DNA of 64,000 nt from the human T2T-CHM13v2.0 reference genome, Homo sapiens: assembly GCF_009914755.1 (NCBI RefSeq), contig NC_060932.1; one strand, given 5' to 3'. Positions 26,106 to 41,150 of this stretch are shown here, piece after piece. Each line of letters begins with the position of its first letter. The stretch's first letter is position 1. The notes under the pieces were generated by a model that made no database searches, had not been told where the DNA came from, and saw nothing but the letters and a program-made list of their open reading frames with translations. Made by a program: the position numbers and the translations under genes.

Positions 26106-29100
26106 TCTTTCTTTACCTTCGTGACTTTCATAGACATGTACAAAATTATGTTAGAGAAAGATTTTGAACATATTTGTGCTATTATTATTTCTCCTAGTCT
26201 CAGTTGATATTACTCAGATATCTTCTTAATACCGAGAGATAATGTGCCTCAGGCTGTCAATAAATTTTGGGTCAAACCTATGTCTTCAATTCCAGTGAAA
26301 CATCTCTCAGCAACTTCCTTCTGCACCAATACATAGAAATTGAGGTCGGGTAGGGGCAGGTGGTTAAGGCCCAGACTGATGTAAATTCACGTTGTTTTTC
26401 TTCCCTGAGGTTTTAATTCAAAATCTCTATTCCTTCTTTGCCATGTTTTCTGTGACCTTTCTTCTCTCAACCCTGAATTGTTTTCTAACTATGGCTAAAA
26501 GGTGTGACTCTCAATACGCGAATATTGGAATTGAAATTCTTCTGCTTAAATACATGTATAGATCTATGTTTCCATATCGTAGTTAGTTTTTACCAAACAA
26601 GGTTCTTCCCACCTGGGGACCAATAAATATACAGGCTGTTCCTCACTATAAATATTTTAAAGATTCTGAAAGGTATAAGTATATGACCTTAGCCATTCCT
26701 AAAACATCAGACATTCTGAGTATGGAAGTCATATGGATGCACTCTCTGACAGGCATGGAAATCAACAGCATTACAGTATTTTGACAGCTGAGCTAGGCGC
26801 TCTGAGGCAGTCCCCTGTGTAAGGGTGAAGAGAAATGCATTACCACTAGAACTGCCTCAAAGCAAGAAAGAAAAGCTGGAATACTGTCAGGTTTTCCTGG
26901 ACAAGGTGAACACAAGAGGAATATGGAGACCAATCTGTATGAGACGGAGAAAGACCTAAAAGATTATCAGCAGAGTCCCCTAAAATGATAAGGTCAAGGA
27001 CCCAACAGGACTGTTGTTTTTGGCATCACTACAGGCCCAAGTGGCTGCAAATTTCAGGTGTTCAGCAGAAGCGGCATTCAACAGCATCAGGCAATGATGA
27101 AGGGAACAGATGGCAAAAGAAATGTGACAATATCAAGGTGTGCCTTTGGAGAAAAGTGATGCACATTCCCAAGGTGCAGAGCAATAATAAATAAAGCACC
27201 CTTTTTCAAATAATCATTATAAAGCTATCTTTATTAAGCCTTCTAGGGCTTTATTAAATCAATTCTATAAATAAAAATGTATGATTAATGTTAAGTGCAT
27301 TTTCAAGTTCACTTTTCTCTTCTAAAAGAAATATGAGAGAAAAAGCAAGCAAGAAATTCTCTGTTAATGTACCCCTTTCTTTATAAGGCAAGGGCTAAAA
27401 AACAGCTAAGGATGTTATGGGGTAAAAGAAGAAAACACAGGCTAGGTTAAAATCCCCAAATCCAATCTCCGTATGTGACAGCTAAAACAAAAGTAATGAA
27501 AGGCCAGAAAGATGACATAGCTTCACTGGCAGTCACACTAAAGTAAACAGAACAGTAACATTAATGGTAGAAAATCTGTGTGATTTATTATTCATTTAGA
27601 TGACTTGTCAAGTTATAGACCAAGTATTTTTGTAACTGTTCATTATATATAGAAAATTAAATACACGAAATAATTTGGTCATTTCCAATTCAGTTACAGG
27701 CAACCAGACACATCTTACATAGCACAACTAAAGTTATTGCATATGAATCCATCTGTGTGACAAGCAAAATGATAAGCCATGTGGCCAATCTGGTCACCTT
27801 GAAGACTGTGTAGCGATCTCATATCAACTATTAAGATGGTTGAAAAGATGTTATCAGTTTAGTGGGATATCATCTGTGCATAAAGACATATACAAAAATA
27901 TACCAAATGATAAATACTACCCAGCCCAACTTTACCTTCAGTAGATAACTGAATGCTTACGGAAATGTGTGAAGGATCCAGAATAGTATCAGTTAAAGAA
28001 TTAGTCATGTACTCCAGACATTTTTTTAAGTATGCTTATAAATGGTACTGAATGAGGGAATAAATTTAAGCCTATTGTTGTTTAAGGAAAATAACCTATC
28101 AAGACATATGTGATACTATTTAATTAGAATAAACTTTCTCTTATCCAGTGGTGATTAAAATCAAGTAATTAAAATATCCAGAGATAGTTCTAAAATAAGA
28201 ATATGCCATATATTGTTTCTCAGAAGTCAAAAATAAATTTTAAACAATTTTACATTGAATTTCATTCATCGAATTAAATCTTATTCTGAGTGTATTTACT
28301 TTTTATCATGTGACGGTAAATGGAATGGACAACTCTTCATTTGAAACTGTTACAAAATAAGACAGTGAATCAGAGGAAGCAGTTCTTCCAAAGACCTTAG
28401 GAAATAAGAATAACTAACTAATGAAGAATAAAGATAACCAATAGCTCCAAGAACCGCAGAGCCATAATGAGGTCATTCAGGGTAGGGGCACGGTCAACAT
28501 TCATTGTATCTTAAATCTTCATACAATGTTTAAAATAGATCCAGAAGACAGTGTTTATATAATACAGTAGGAAAATTTTGTAGTAACTTTGTAAAAGATT
28601 GCCAACAAAAGTCTATTGTGATAACTCAAGTATAAATATTCCACAGGAATCATTTCTACTGTCTAGCACTTTCTATCTTGTCCTTTTGAGAATTTTGTAA
28701 CTCTTTAAATAATACAAATTGCCATCATTATATTAGTTTTCAGAAACATGTGACGAGGCGCCCAGAGGGTATAAAGTTGTGACAGCTATGGAGGAAACAC
28801 GTGGCACGTTCAAGTCAGCTCTTGTGCAGCACTAGTTGTTCCTGTGCATTCTCTATCTCTGTTCCCAGGGAAAGGCTGACAGACTAGAGGATTCACAGGG
28901 AATGAGGCTCGAGGGTTCACTGTTGTGGTTCTTAACAAGAACATTTTCCTGCCAATCCAGGAAAATATGCACAAAAGAGAGAGAGATTGACAATAAAAGG
29001 TAGGAAAACCCTGGAACAATTTTAGGTGGAGCAGTCCAGAGAAAAGTCATGAATATAGAATAGGCAATGTATTAACATAGACTTCAGCTGTACCTTCGCT

Positions 29101-29275
29101 CCACACTGCTTTGTACACATCTTTAATCATTTCATCTTCATTCCCAGCTGCAGTAACAATGTCATGGGGGCACATAACAGTGTAGGGGAATCTGGCTGAT
29201 CTTGTACATTTCCTCCCCCTACTCTCTCTCATCACAGTGATGAGGCCTCTGAGGTTGTCAAACGTTGTTGCACAT

Positions 29276-29289
29276 TGACGTCATCAAAG
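29276..29289. promoter_or_regulatory. Full CRE palindrome TGACGTCA overlapping a TCF/LEF-like ATCAAAG
   Basis: Motifs read directly in a repeat-poor segment. Function is not demonstrated. Confidence 0.3.
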
Positions 29290-29299
29290 TAATTATGAA

Positions 29300-29412
29300 A
29301 GCTTGGGCCCAATCCCAGACCAAGTGAATTTGAATTGGGGAGTGGGCACCAAGGTGTGGATATTTTTGAAATTTCCCCAGATTAGATCATTCACCATGTT
29401 GAAATATCCCCT
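29300..29412. mobile_element. MER5-family MITE fragment
   Basis: gggcccaatcccagacc...gtgggcaccaagg...tttttgaaatttccccag. Confidence 0.5.
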
Positions 29413-32114
29413 ATATACATACACCTCCCCAAAACTGAGACACAAAGCTGAGGCTGGGGCTGCATTAGCTGACAGTCTGTCATCATCTACCCACTTATGC
29501 ACAATCTCTATAAAAGAAAGATAATGCATTAAACCATCTACAGCATGGGATGCAAAATTAATGGATGCAAGCAGAACAAATAGTTGAAGTAAGCATATTG
29601 AATATCATCAAATAGATAAGAATTTTGGGTATATAAGCATGCACAAGAAGACTGTACAACTGTAGATAATAAACATAAAAGTGAAAATTAAAAATTCACC
29701 AGATTGACTAAAGAGCAAATGATTTAGGGTAAAGAGTGAATTTGTGAGCCAACAATGTAGATTGTGAAATGTTCTCAGGAGCCATCAGTAAGGAATAAAA
29801 GGATGGAAAATGTAAAAAAAAGTTTCAGAGATGTAGAGGACACAGGCAGAAATGGCAAAAACTAAGATCCTCATCAATGGCAGAGATTTCCATGAGCTCC
29901 CCTCCTTCTTCTTTACTGGAAAACGTCCATTGCCCGATCCTCCTGGATTAAGTGCTCATGGCTTCTAGTGCCTCCAGTACTACTTCCATTCTGGGTCTCT
30001 GAGGTCAGTAATTTCTCACACATCTGATCATCAGAATATTCCCAGAGGGACTTGCTTAGTGTGGCAACTGGAAAAAGGAGTTGTCCTCTAGGGAGAGGCT
30101 GGTGAGAAGAATCTCACTGGCAGGTTGTATTGGACATAGTAAAAAAAAAAAAAAAAAATTACTGTTTCCCAATTATACTGCAGATATTTACTGTGTTTCC
30201 CAATTTTACTGCAGATATTGCTATGACCAATATCTAATATTTAAAGAAATATGTTCATCAAATGTAATCTGTAATTGTTTTTGTTTTAGAGAAAATCTCT
30301 TACTTAATTTCTTGTAAAATTAAACTGCAAAGAAACAAACAAACAAAAAAGGCCAATCACCAACGCAACTCTTTAAATTAGTTGGCTGGGGATGAATCAG
30401 GATTCAGAGTTCCTCAGAGACGCCTGGAACCAACAACCTTCACCAGAGAGGCATAGGGGACACTGAGCTGGAAAGGCAGACAAACCACCAAGATACATAA
30501 GAGAGCTAACGTTCAAAATGTCATGCAGCATGCCTGGTGGGGGTAGTGAGGAAATGGATGCGGCAGAAAAGAATTATATCTGATGGAAACAGAGGGAAGT
30601 TTAAGAGAAAACACAAAATTTGGAAGCCAGAGAGGTAAAAAAAGAATGTAATAAGTCCTGATCAAATAAAGTACTCCAATGGGATGCTGAGTAACTGCCA
30701 GCTTTGTAACTGGCTTTTAGTTTCAGCAGAGGCCTCATAAATGGTGAAAGGAAGCAGGGTAATGGTTCAAGCAAAGAGCAGTGAGATCTTTCTGATATTA
30801 CAATTATGCTCATAGCATTTCCCCAGCCTAAGGGAATAGATGCATCTCCTATTCTTTACAGACAATGTCTAGCTTTCTGATTCTTGGAGTAACTTTCCCA
30901 CCTTATGTTAGAGGGAGCCTTTTACTTGGAGTGATCCAGTGTTAGAAACCACATTTTGTTGACAAGCCTGAGAATGCCCTTCACCTGGCTAGACAAGTAG
31001 CTCTTGGGAATATCATTTTCCTTTCCTGAGCAAACACCTCCTCCAGACAGTGGCTTTAGGGAGAAGGCAGGCAAGACTACCACTGGCTGTAGAGCTCCAC
31101 ACCACAAAATCAAGACTGCAAGGGTAGAGGAAATCCATGAGAAATAGGAGCAACAGGGTTGGCACACAGAAGGAACTGTGTCCAACTAGGTGTTTCTAAT
31201 ATCCCAAAGCAAGAGGGCCCAACTGGGAAAGGGCCAAGTTTAAAATTTTGCCTATTCAATATTTTGTCTGATTTTCAACAAGAATTTTATGTAATGTTCC
31301 TAAAATATTTTACTTGTTTTATTTTAGCACTATTTGCAAACATTAAGAATCAGGTTACATAAGCAAAAACTCATCTCTGTAGCTGTCATATCTTCCTTTA
31401 ATGCAGCTGCTTCTAATCTTTCCTGACCACCAGAAATATGTTCTAGCTGTAGAGAACTCTTATCCCATTTGTAAATTATACTATCTTAATATCTTGCCTA
31501 AACATTGATTCTCAGTACCCAAAATGTTCCATTCCTGCCCGACAAATTTCTAGTCCATTTGCATGATCCAGCCACCAGAAATCATAAACACTTAATAGCT
31601 CCCTAAACAGAAACCCTAAAAACTCCATATAAAGATCTACTTAAGAAGGGGTGGGCATAGGAATCATGTCTTTCTTAGTTTTCAAGTCTACGTACTTGAC
31701 ACTCTGAAAATGTCTTCTACTGAAGTGTTATTATAAGAAAATAAAAATTTCCAAATTAAATAAAGGCCTGAAAATTTTAAATGTGAGACTACCATTAATT
31801 CAATTTTTAAACCACTTAATCAAATAAAAGCTATTTTATTTTCCCTTGAGCTCAACTTACTATTCTTTGAGAAAGCATAAAGGGATCACAACTATTAAAT
31901 CAGATTGTTTTGTAGCATGATGACCAAAAATCATGAACAATATCTATCCTATACAAACTACTCAAAAGACCAATTAGTAGGGGCTGAAAACATTTCATCT
32001 CTTAAAATTCATATTAAATATATATAAGTTTCATTAAGAAACCCGAGAAATTTACCAAAGTAGCCCTCAGTGCCTGTAATTCTTTGGTGTAGTCTTCCTA
32101 ATCCTCTAGTCTTT

Positions 32115-33621
<1,507 letters not shown>

Positions 33622-34619
33622 TGATGGCTGCAGTCTTCCCTAGGGTAGATTGTACTACGGCCTCTTCCACATATGCTGGTTCTAGCTCATCATGCTCATT
33701 ATCTTAATGGACAACTGTAGCCCTCCAACTGATTTCTCAGTCACTACAAGTAACAGAAATATTTTCATTATTGCCTATACCTTCAGCTATCAAATAGCAG
33801 ACACATTTTATTTACTTCCCTTTTGAACTATTTTTCCCAGCTTAGTAAAAACAAACCAATAATCTCTTACAAGTCAAACATAAAAAAGGAGTATATAAGG
33901 TTCAAAAATAAAAAAAATCAAGATCCAGATATAAATGAAGTTGAATAGTATTTTTAATATGAAAATTTCAGAAACAGGGGTTTTCCACCTCTTAGCAAAA
34001 AAAAAAAAAGGAAAGAAATTTAACCAAATTAACAGACTTGCAGTAATTTAAATTACATTTATCATTCTCAGAATTTTTAATTATACTCCAAAAATATTTT
34101 TAGTTGTATGATAAAAACTAAATCAACTTAGAATTATCTTGAGACTATCCAGCCTTAATACATTAGCCAGATCAAAGCACTAATGTAGAAACATTTAATA
34201 CGTAAAAGAATAATGCAAATTAGATAACTAGATTTATCTGACTCAAGCCAAATAGATTGGACAAAAATTGCTAAATGAATAGTAGATTTGATCAATAAAT
34301 GTGCAATTCTCTGGGAACTAGTTCAGATACTTGGTAAACAGTGGAAATAAAAAGCCTGATAGGACAATTCTTTAGAAAAACTGTTGCTCTCTTAATTAAA
34401 ATTCTATTTTCTTTTTCTCCATCTCCTTAACTTTATGAAATACTTGTCAGTTATTTACAGAGGTACTGGTTTAGAAACACAACTAGAATGCATTTGACAC
34501 AGCTATTATTATGATTATCATTACTAATATTTATTTAGACAACACAATATTATTCCAGGTCTTCCATACATATTTTCTCATTTAGTCCTCAGAATTGCCC
34601 TCATACATAAGTATTATCC

Positions 34620-34951
34620 TAGGGGTAGAACATAACTCCCTATTCCTTAAGTGTGTACTGCACACAGTGACTTCCTTCCAAAGAGTATAATACACACAGA
34701 TAGGAAAAAGAGTAATCTTACAGTAGGGAAATTTGAAAAACAGTCCTTCAGCCAAATGATCCAGATAAATATTAACAGTGATAAGTCATGTTAACAGTAT
34801 GTACCTCGATATGCTGTGATGAAAATGGCAACAGTCCTCTGTGGTCTTCCTTCCCAAAACCTACAACCCCAGTCTAATCATGAGAAAAACATCAGACAAA
34901 TCCCTATTGAGGGGCAGGCTACAAAAATATCTGACTGATGTGTTTCAAAAC
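34620..34951 (+). mobile_element. L1MC/L1MD 3'UTR, left part
   Basis: cataactccctattccttaagtgtg...gtgacttccttccaaagagta...ccagtctaatcatgagaaaaacatcagacaaatccc. Confidence 0.75.
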
Positions 34952-35191
34952 TTAGCTTGAGTTAATCATTTTACATTATGTTGCTTTGTACCTCGTAAAA
35001 ACACACAACTATAATGTCAATATATTATTTAAAAATAAAAATAAATAATATATAAAAAGAAAAACCTGATATAGCAATCAGTTCTTCAGGATTCAATTCA
35101 GGGTATAAAATCTACTCAATTTTTCTCACCTACAAACTAGCTAAACAGCAATCATTTTAATGCAAACTAATGTTTTAAAATTTTTCTTCTA

Positions 35192-35895
35192 ATTTTTTTT
35201 TTGGTAGAGACATGGTCTCACTGTTGCCCAGGTTGGTCTGAAATTCCTGGCTTCAAGCAAGCCTCCTGCCTTGAGATACCATTTGACCCAGCAATCCCAT
35301 TACTGGGTATATACCCAAAGTAACATAAATTGTTCTACTATAAAGACACACGTATATGTATGTTCATTGTAGCCCTATTCACAATAGCAAAGACATGGAA
35401 TCCACCTAAATGCCCAACAATGATAGACTGGATAAAGAAAATGTGGTACATATACATCATGGAATACTATGCAGCCATAACAAAGAATGAGATCATGTCC
35501 TTTGCAGGGACATGGATAGAGCTGGAGGCCACTATCTTAGAAAATGAATGCAGGAACAAACAACTAAATACTGCATGTTCCTGCTTATAAATGGGAGCTA
35601 AATGATGAGAACACATGGACACGTCCAGGGAAACAACTCACACAGGCCTATCAGAGAGTGGAGGGTGAGAGGGAGAGGATCAGGAAAAATAACTAATGGG
35701 TACTAGGCTCAATACCTGGGTGGTGAAATAATCCATACAACAAACTTCCATGACACAAGTTTACCTATATAAAAAACCTGCATATATACCCCTGAACTTA
35801 AAATAAAAGTTAAAAAGGAAAAAAAAAAAAGAAGCAATCCTCCTGCCTCAAACTCCCAACATGTTGAGATTACAGGCGTGAGCCACATGCATGGC
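35192..35895 (-). mobile_element. FLAM/Alu left monomer split by an L1 insertion
   Basis: 35192-35271 and 35832-35895 join into one antisense monomer. Confidence 0.88.
35272..35831 (+). mobile_element. Short 5'-truncated older L1PA (L1PA13-16-like)
   Basis: ORF2 end (YYKDT...[12 protein letters not shown]), 3'UTR ending cctgaacttaaaataaaagttaaaaa plus poly-A. 17-bp TSD aagcaa(g/t)cctcctgcct at 35255-35271 and 35832-35848. Confidence 0.93.
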
Positions 35896-36020
35896 AAAAT
35901 GCTTAGTTTCTTAATGCATCCACTAGTTTGTATTTTATTTGAATAAAAATGTAAAGATAACAAATATAAAATAGATCAACTGATAGCTGAATAAATAAAT
36001 GTCTGAAACCTGTACATAAC

Positions 36021-36367
36021 AACACTGTGAAGATGATAAAAAATAAGATAAACCTGAGAAACTGTCATTATAGCAAAGAGTAAACAAAGGAGACATGACA
36101 ACAAAATACAACATTGTATCCTGGATGGGATCCTGGAACAGAAAAAGGACATGAGATAAAAACTAAGGAAATTTTAATAAACTGTGTATGTTACTTAACA
36201 ATAGTGCATCAATCTTAGGCCATTAATTGTGACAAATGTGCTACATCACTATAAGATATTAATAAAAGGAGAAACTCCTTTTGGAGAATATAAGAACTAT
36301 CTGTATGTATTATCACAACTTTCCTGTTAATCTAAATCTATTGTGAATCAAATTATTATTTAAAAAA
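36021..36367 (+). mobile_element. L1MC/L1MD 3'UTR, right part
   Basis: ctgagaaactgtca...ggagacatgacaac...tatcctggatgggatcctggaacagaaaaaggacat. Confidence 0.8.
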
Positions 36368-36392
36368 CATGGGAAAAAATTCATACACACGG

Positions 36393-36812
36393 TGATTTGG
36401 CTTGGATATCTGTCCCCTCCAAATCTCATGTTGAAATGTGATTCCTAATATTGGACATGGGGCCTGGCAGAAGATGTTTGGGTCATGGGGATGGACCCCT
36501 CATGAATGTCTTGTTGCCCTCCCCATGGTAATGAGTGAGTTCTTGCTCTGTAAGTTCAGGCAAGAGCTGGTCATTTAAAAGAGCCTGGCACCTGTTCTAT
36601 CTCTGTCTTGCTTCCTCTTTCACCATGTAATACACCAGATCCCCCTTCACCTTTCGCCATGATTGTAAGCTTCCTGAGGCCCTCGCCAGAAGCAGATGCC
36701 AGCACCACACTTCCTGTACAACCTGCAGAACCATGAGCCAAAATAAACCTTTCTTTTTAAGTTATCCAGCCTCAGGTGGTATTTCTTTATAGCAGTGTAA
36801 CAGACTAACACA
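36393..36812 (+). mobile_element. MaLR solo LTR (MSTB-like)
   Basis: Starts tgatttggcttggatatctgtcccctccaaatctcatgttgaaat, has a poly-A-signal region ccaaaataaacc, ends gactaacaca. Confidence 0.9.
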
Positions 36813-38010
36813 CATACAAACTCGAAGACACACACACAAATTGGTATTACCTTAATTTACAGTTGAGAAAACAGAGCTTCTTATAGATCCAGTGATCTGT
36901 CTAGATCACAAAGGATGAATTTGGATCATAATAGGATTTTCAAATCTAAAAGCAAAGCTTTCCTCCAGTAAAACCGTTGCCTCTTTATTGCACATTCATT
37001 GTAAATAAGGACTTTAAATTTCCATCTTAGTTAAAAACAGTATGTTTTACTCTGCCGAAGGATGGGCAGGAAGTTAAGGGCTGATTGTTAGGGATTTTAT
37101 ATAGGTGCATGAAACATATCAGACTTCCACACTGACGAACTGCTGAGCAAGGGTCTGATTTTTCCCCCACTAAGGCACATGGCTTGGGCAGGCCTTTTTT
37201 GAAAGTGGTGGAATTCAATCATTTAGATCCCAATTTCTGCAGTCATGGCTTTAGGGAACTTTTCTATAGATGCTGGATTCATTTTCTCCTACTGTTATCT
37301 TTTCATTTATCCAGAGGTCATTCTTATCTCTTCTCTTGGTTGAATCTCAAGGTTGTCCCAGCTTATTTTTGTAATATGTCTGCACCTGGTGTCCCTGATC
37401 TTATTAAAACAGCTCATCTCCTATTTTCAGCTTTTTTTCTAGGCAGTATTTTTAACCCATTTATTCTTCTTTCACTAATTCTATCTTCAATAGTTAAATA
37501 CATTCTAAGCCAAGTTTATAACCTGTAATGTTCTAAATACTTATTTTTTTTAATTCCATTGTTTTCTTTATCAAAGACAGGAGTAATAGATTAGGTTTGT
37601 ATTTGTAAAAATAATTTTATTAATTTACGATTAGCATGTGTCTAATGAGAATCAATCTTTGCAGTTAAACAGGCAAATGGGCTAATGTTCTCTCTTTCTG
37701 AAATCAAAAACTGAATGGTCAAATCGACTTCACACAACAACCTCCAATCTTAAATGATCCAAATATGTGGTTATGTCACCTACTGCTTGGTTTTCTCTTT
37801 TAAATAAAGTGTTGTCTAGTGTAAAATACTGATCTCTTTCCCATCTCAGAAGAAAAGCCCAAGACATTCAGAATTCAATAAACTTATTTTTGAATCAAAC
37901 CGACTTTTTCTGAGAAGAAAGACAAACTACTGAAGGATGCATATTTATTTTGTCACCATCTTGCTATCTTCCCTTCTCCCTTCTCACTATATCCTTCCAT
38001 AATCACCCCA

Positions 38011-38052
<42 letters not shown>

Positions 38053-38062
38053 CCCACACACA
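38011..38062. repeat. (TC)n(AC)n compound microsatellite
   Basis: Read directly. Confidence 0.95.
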
Positions 38063-39389
38063 CCATCCATCAGGGGAACTACAGTACACACTTATAACTC
38101 AGAGGGTCCCTGGTTTATAACCCTCCTAGCAGCAATACAAATGTCCACATTTTATGATCAGGTTTTCCTTGCTAGAAGCTTTTGTGAGGTCATCATAGCC
38201 AAATGTTATTTTATTTCTTTTATTTCAGAGCCTATTTAAGCAATTCTGAATATAATGTTCAAGTTTTCAAAATGCATAACTGTAGATTCATTATAATTCT
38301 GTCAAATTTCATTTGTTTTATCCTCAGTAAGCATGACCCCTGCTCTCCATACAATAATGTCTTTTCTCAGCCTCTAGTGTTTTAAATTCAGTAATTTCAT
38401 TCTCTTAAATTTTATAACTAGTTGTCACTTTGCATCCTTTTAACAGTTGTTCTTTGAACACTTCATAAGGCTGAACATATTGTTATTTCACTTGATCTAT
38501 ACTGAGTCTACTCATAGCAAGTCGGGTTTATATTTAACCTTAAGGACCTACATCCATTCAACAAACATGTTGAGACAGTCCTTGCTCTTACAGGGCTCAG
38601 AATGTCTTAGCTTGTTACCTGTGTATACATAATAGTAAATACATATGGACAATGCACTTTAGAACCTGTACAAGGTAGAGTAGAGTAGAGAAAGGAGTAA
38701 CCTTCCAGCAGTTGGGATCATTTACTAGAGGTCATACCTATGCTGATGTTTGAAGTATGTGCAAAAAATGTAGCTTCTGTGGAAACAAAGCTACAAACAA
38801 ATGAAAAGTCAAATCTAGTTTACAATTACTTTTGCCTTTTGCTGGCATATGCCATTCTCCTAGCAAATATTCAACTTTTCTAGATAGATTAATGCCCTCT
38901 AAGGGACCTACCATTTATGGGGCTTAATATCATTGAAAAGAAAGCTCAGTTTAATATTATTTATAATTTATTGCCATGAATTCTGGTAGAATAAAAGCTC
39001 CTTTTGTTCACCAATGCATTATAAGCATGGAGTATAAACACTATGCATTGAACAAATATTTGTTAATCTGACTAAATGAACAAATATCCTAGTATTTCAT
39101 TTTATAAACATGAACAGAGCACTTACCTTATGGGTTATACTAGACCTCACTATCCTATTAAAGGTGATACAAAAAGAAACAATACTGTAAGTATTTGCAA
39201 CATTTACTTTACAGTTAAAGGGAAGGCAATAGTAAGGTCAGTTGGTCAGTTAAGTTACTTTTCAACTCTGAAATAAAAAATGCTTTCTAGGAACAGAAGG
39301 GTAGGCTAATGGTAAGGAATAGTCATAACACAGGAAGGGCATCTAGCTTCACTGGCTGAAGCTAGAAAAGTCAAAATGCAATGACTCTT

Positions 39390-39499
39390 TTTCTTTTTTT
39401 TTTTTTTTCTTTGAGACAGAGTCTCGCTCTGTCACCCAGGCTGGAGTGCAGTGGCACGATCTCTGCTCACTGCAAGCTCTGCCTCCCGGGTTCACGTCA
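39390..39499 (-). mobile_element. Severely 5'-truncated AluY
   Basis: About 85 bp of right arm (tgcaagctc, gggttcacg) plus poly-T. TSD aatgactctt at 39380-39389 and 39500-39509. Confidence 0.92.
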
Positions 39500-40699
39500 A
39501 ATGACTCTTCTTTTGAACAGGACTTGCTTCACATCTTCTTTTCCCTCCTGATTGCTTTGTCCAGGGTGCCTGTGCTAACACCTCTGCTGTGTTAATAAAA
39601 TTTCCTTTTCTTGCCAGCCTTCAAGAAGAAAGATGATTAAAATGCACCTAGTTCTGCACTCAGGAGCCTATACTTAAGATCAGTGGCTAAAATAGGCTTT
39701 CAATTTCCAAAACTATGAATAAGTTACCAGAGTGAGTTTCCAGTGAGTCGGCTGTAAGGCATACTAATGCCTGTCTAATGCCATATCAGGTCTCTCCCTG
39801 ACCTAAGAAATCACTCCCTGCCTAAGCCCTCATTCTCCCCTAAATATCCCCTACTATGTTAGTTGCCTTTTGTCTAAAACAAAATCACTAAAAAAAGCAA
39901 GACCAAATAAAACCTCATATGAACAAAGTAGGCCTTTTAAGCAAAAATGTTTTATGTGATAGCCACACTGCCTGATGCACTGTAAATGTTAAATGTTAAA
40001 TAATGGTTTACAATAAGAGGGAAGACGGAGAGCTTACGACTCAGAAAACTACATTTTCATTTCTGACCTAGGCAAAATGAATCATGTTGCTATTGTTCGC
40101 CTATCTCAATAACTTAGAAATGTTGTCATTTCTTTTACAGAGAAGACACAGTATAAAGTTGGAATACTGCAGAAAGAAAAAGAGAACTATCACTGAAATT
40201 AAGTCAAAATATTTGGTTGAGTTCTATTTAACATATCTTAAGTTGCATAGCCATGATTCAGAGGTTTCATCTTCCATTTACAACAACATAATAATTTTGA
40301 AATCACCATAAAAATCCCAAGAACCTAATGTGGTAGCTTCACAAGGAAGCATGCCTCCTGCCTGCCTTCCTTTCCTTTCCTCCTTTCACCATACATCACC
40401 TCCACATTACAGATGAAGAAAATGAAGATGCTGGCACAAGTGGATTAAGGGCCTTGTCCTGTAACTGAACTGTCATTTGAACCCACGTCTGTGTAACTCC
40501 AGAGGTAAGATTTTTGGAGAGCAATAGCTACCTATATATGGATGCTACCTATATATAGTATACATGTAACTATCTAGATACTTTCTATCATGCCAAAGTC
40601 ACAACTTTAGAAAAAGATAGGCTAAAGTCAGGAAATTGGATGCATTTTCAACGGAAATGTCTCAAAGAGAGTATATTATGATGATTAAAGCAAAGCTCA

Positions 40700-41150
40700 C
40701 TAGAGTATTAGAACAAAATGACAATGTTCATACACTGGTGAGGGTGCACTGTGTGTGTTATTTAAGGCATTTATGTAACTACACAACCCTACTATGAAGC
40801 AATTGGGTGACATCTATCACAACCTAAAATAGCAACAGTACTTTGGAGAATCAATCCTAGACAAATAATTTAAACGTGTGGGAAATGTGATATGTACAGA
40901 AGGATCCACCTTATCCTTATGTTTAATAGCCAAGCAAAAAAATAAAAATAAAAATAAAAAAAAGAAAGGAAAGAGAAAGAGAAAGGGAAGAGGAAAGGGA
41001 AGGGGAAGGGATTCCCAACCATTAGGACTATAACTATGTTAACAACGGAACACTGATTCCATTAAATACTATGCGGACATAAAAAATACTGGTTATTTTG
41101 AAGATTATTTTAGGAAAAGGTACAAATGCTTATGATACATGTTGGTCCCA
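40700..41150 (+). mobile_element. Old L1ME relic with a purine-rich low-complexity tract (about 40935-41010)
   Basis: tcatacactggtgagggtg, ttggagaatcaatcctag, aatactatgcggacataaaaaa. Confidence 0.5.

Noticed and set aside
30370-31200. Possible ancient MLT1-type LTR or processed pseudogene
   Set aside because: The purine-rich composition suggests an old LTR, but I could not match diagnostic termini or any protein, so it is left unannotated.
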